From NCBI GenBank assembly GCA_041577335.1, contig JBFGJH010000020.1, forward strand, positions 1-46,632: a stretch of 46,632 bases of DNA, in the 5' to 3' direction. The number at the start of each line of letters is the position of its first letter. Positions within the stretch are counted from its first letter, which is position 1. The position numbers and the translations under genes are program-made. Source of the stretch: Acidimicrobiia bacterium (lineage in GTDB: Bacteria > Actinomycetota > Acidimicrobiia > Spongiisociales > JAENVV01). A model generated the notes under the pieces. The model did not search any database. It was not told the origin of the DNA and saw only the letters and a program-made list of their open reading frames with translations. Positions 45,531 through 46,632 of the stretch are shown here, one piece after another.

Positions 45531-46328
45531 TCAGAGAAAGGCCACCAGCGCCAGAAGGGCCAGCCCAACCGACCCGGCGAGGATTGATTTCGCGGTCTCG
45601 CCCCTGCCCCCCCACGCCGCCCACATCGTGGTCACCGCCACTCCCGTGAACAATCCGCCGAGGTGGGCCTGCCAGGAGATGATCGGAAAGAACAGCGGAG
45701 CCGCGGCATTGATCGCCAGCAGAAACCCGAACTGACGGAGAAGCCCACGACCCGCCTGAGTCTTCCGTTGTCGCCAGCCCACGACGAGGAAGTATCCGAA
45801 CAGCCCGAAGAGACCACCGGACGCCCCCACAACGGCGAAATAGCCACCAATCAGGTGTACCGTTGCGCCGCCTCCGATGACGGACGCCAGCCACAGCGTC
45901 ACGAACGGCACGGAGCCGACCCCCCGCTCGATCGGCGGGCCCAGGATCCACAGTGCATAGCCGTTGAGAGCCAGGTGGAACAAGCTCCCATGGAGAAACG
46001 CGGTGGTCACCAGTCTCCAGAGCTCGTTGTTCTCGATACCCGTGGCAGTCTGGATGAGCGACGAGTCGAAGCCCACCACCATGATCTGGGCGAGGTAGCC
46101 AACGATGATCGCAATCAGGAGCCCTCGAGTGAATGGCGCGGCGGTGAGTGCGTTCATGTCGCGCACCCTGCGCACCTGGGTGGTGCCGACCGACTTGTGA
46201 CACTCGGGGCAGCGTTGGCCTACCGACGCGTCGTAGGAACAGTCAGGGCAGATCGGGCGATCGCACTGCGAGCACCGCAAGCGGGTGCGACGGTCGGGGT
46301 GGCGATAACAAACCGGGGCTTCATCCAT
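45531..46328 (-). CDS. Rhomboid intramembrane serine protease with an N-terminal B-box-like zinc finger
   Basis: CYRHP..C..C...ICPDC...CPEC, WRLVTTAFLH and catalytic GASG and HLGG. Confidence 0.92.
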   Translation of the reverse strand: MDEAPVCYRHPDRRTRLRCSQCDRPICPDCSYDASVGQRCPECHKSVGTTQVRRVRDMNALTAAPFTRGLLIAIIVGYLAQIMVVGFDSSLIQTATGIENNELWRLVTTAFLHGSLFHLALNGYALWILGPPIERGVGSVPFVTLWLASVIGGGATVHLIGGYFAVVGASGGLFGLFGYFLVVGWRQRKTQAGRGLLRQFGFLLAINAAAPLFFPIISWQAHLGGLFTGVAVTTMWAAWGGRGETAKSILAGSVGLALLALVAFL

Positions 46329-46340
46329 GGTCAGGCGATG

Positions 46341-46632
46341 CTACGAGGTTCTCAAGCCTGTGAGAACGTCGGCCAGATCCGAGGGAAGCTCGGCTTCGAG
46401 GGTCACGGCGGCACCGGTGAAAGGATCCACGAAGCCGAGCCGCAGCGCGTGCAGAAAGATTCGCGGCACCGATACGGGGTCGCGGCGCCCATAGACCGGG
46501 TCTCCGACGACCGGATGGCCGATCGACGCGAAGTGCACTCTGATCTGGTGGGTTCGGCCCGTTTCGAGCTCGACCTCCAACAGTGTCACGCCACCCAGGG
46601 CCTCGCGGAGCCGATAGTGGGTGCGCGCCGGG
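46341..46632 (-). CDS. RluA/RluD family pseudouridine synthase, C-terminal part (5' end outside the window)
   Basis: ARTHY, LETGRTHQIRVH, GHPVVGDPVYG and FLHALRLGF. Confidence 0.92.
   Translation of the reverse strand, partial: PARTHYRLREALGGVTLLEVELETGRTHQIRVHFASIGHPVVGDPVYGRRDPVSVPRIFLHALRLGFVDPFTGAAVTLEAELPSDLADVLTGLRTS

Overview
High-GC chromosomal housekeeping region. It is most likely from an actinobacterium, probably Acidimicrobiia; this is inferred from gene order, the four-domain S1, the ArsA/Get3-like ATPase pair and the many leaderless promoters. Most genes are on the minus strand. In transcription order they are: rluA/D (partial), rhomboid, dnaE; nth, MATE, ccdA, trpE, ygfZ, trpC, trpF, trpB, trpA, tRNA-Leu(CAA), small ORF, polA, rpsA; a Tad/Flp pilus operon (cpaB, cpaE, cpaF/tadA, vWA-tadB, tadC); coaE, uvrB, uvrA, a methyltransferase, uvrC, rapZ, yvcK, pgk, tpiA, gpmA, secG, an ABC solute-binding protein and tRNA-Leu(GAG). 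The plus strand carries a NarL-type two-component system followed by three Flp pilin genes (one missing from the ORF track), xpt, a PaaI thioesterase, a small ORF and the ArsA-like ATPase pair. No CRISPR array, integrase or transposase is visible. The most notable observations are: (1) a single in-frame TAG in an otherwise intact uvrA; (2) a Tad locus between rpsA and coaE whose TadB carries an exported MIDAS-intact vWA domain, and whose third pilin gene lies antisense inside the apparent tad transcription unit; (3) an S1 protein with a ~170-aa acidic N-terminal extension containing 60-bp tandem repeats; (4) a duplicated hairpin element at the polA 3' end; (5) a perfect RecA-NDp/PafBC-type promoter in front of trpC; (6) absence of whiA and gap from the uvrC-rapZ-yvcK-pgk cluster. 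All calls come from reading motifs by eye; no database searches were run.
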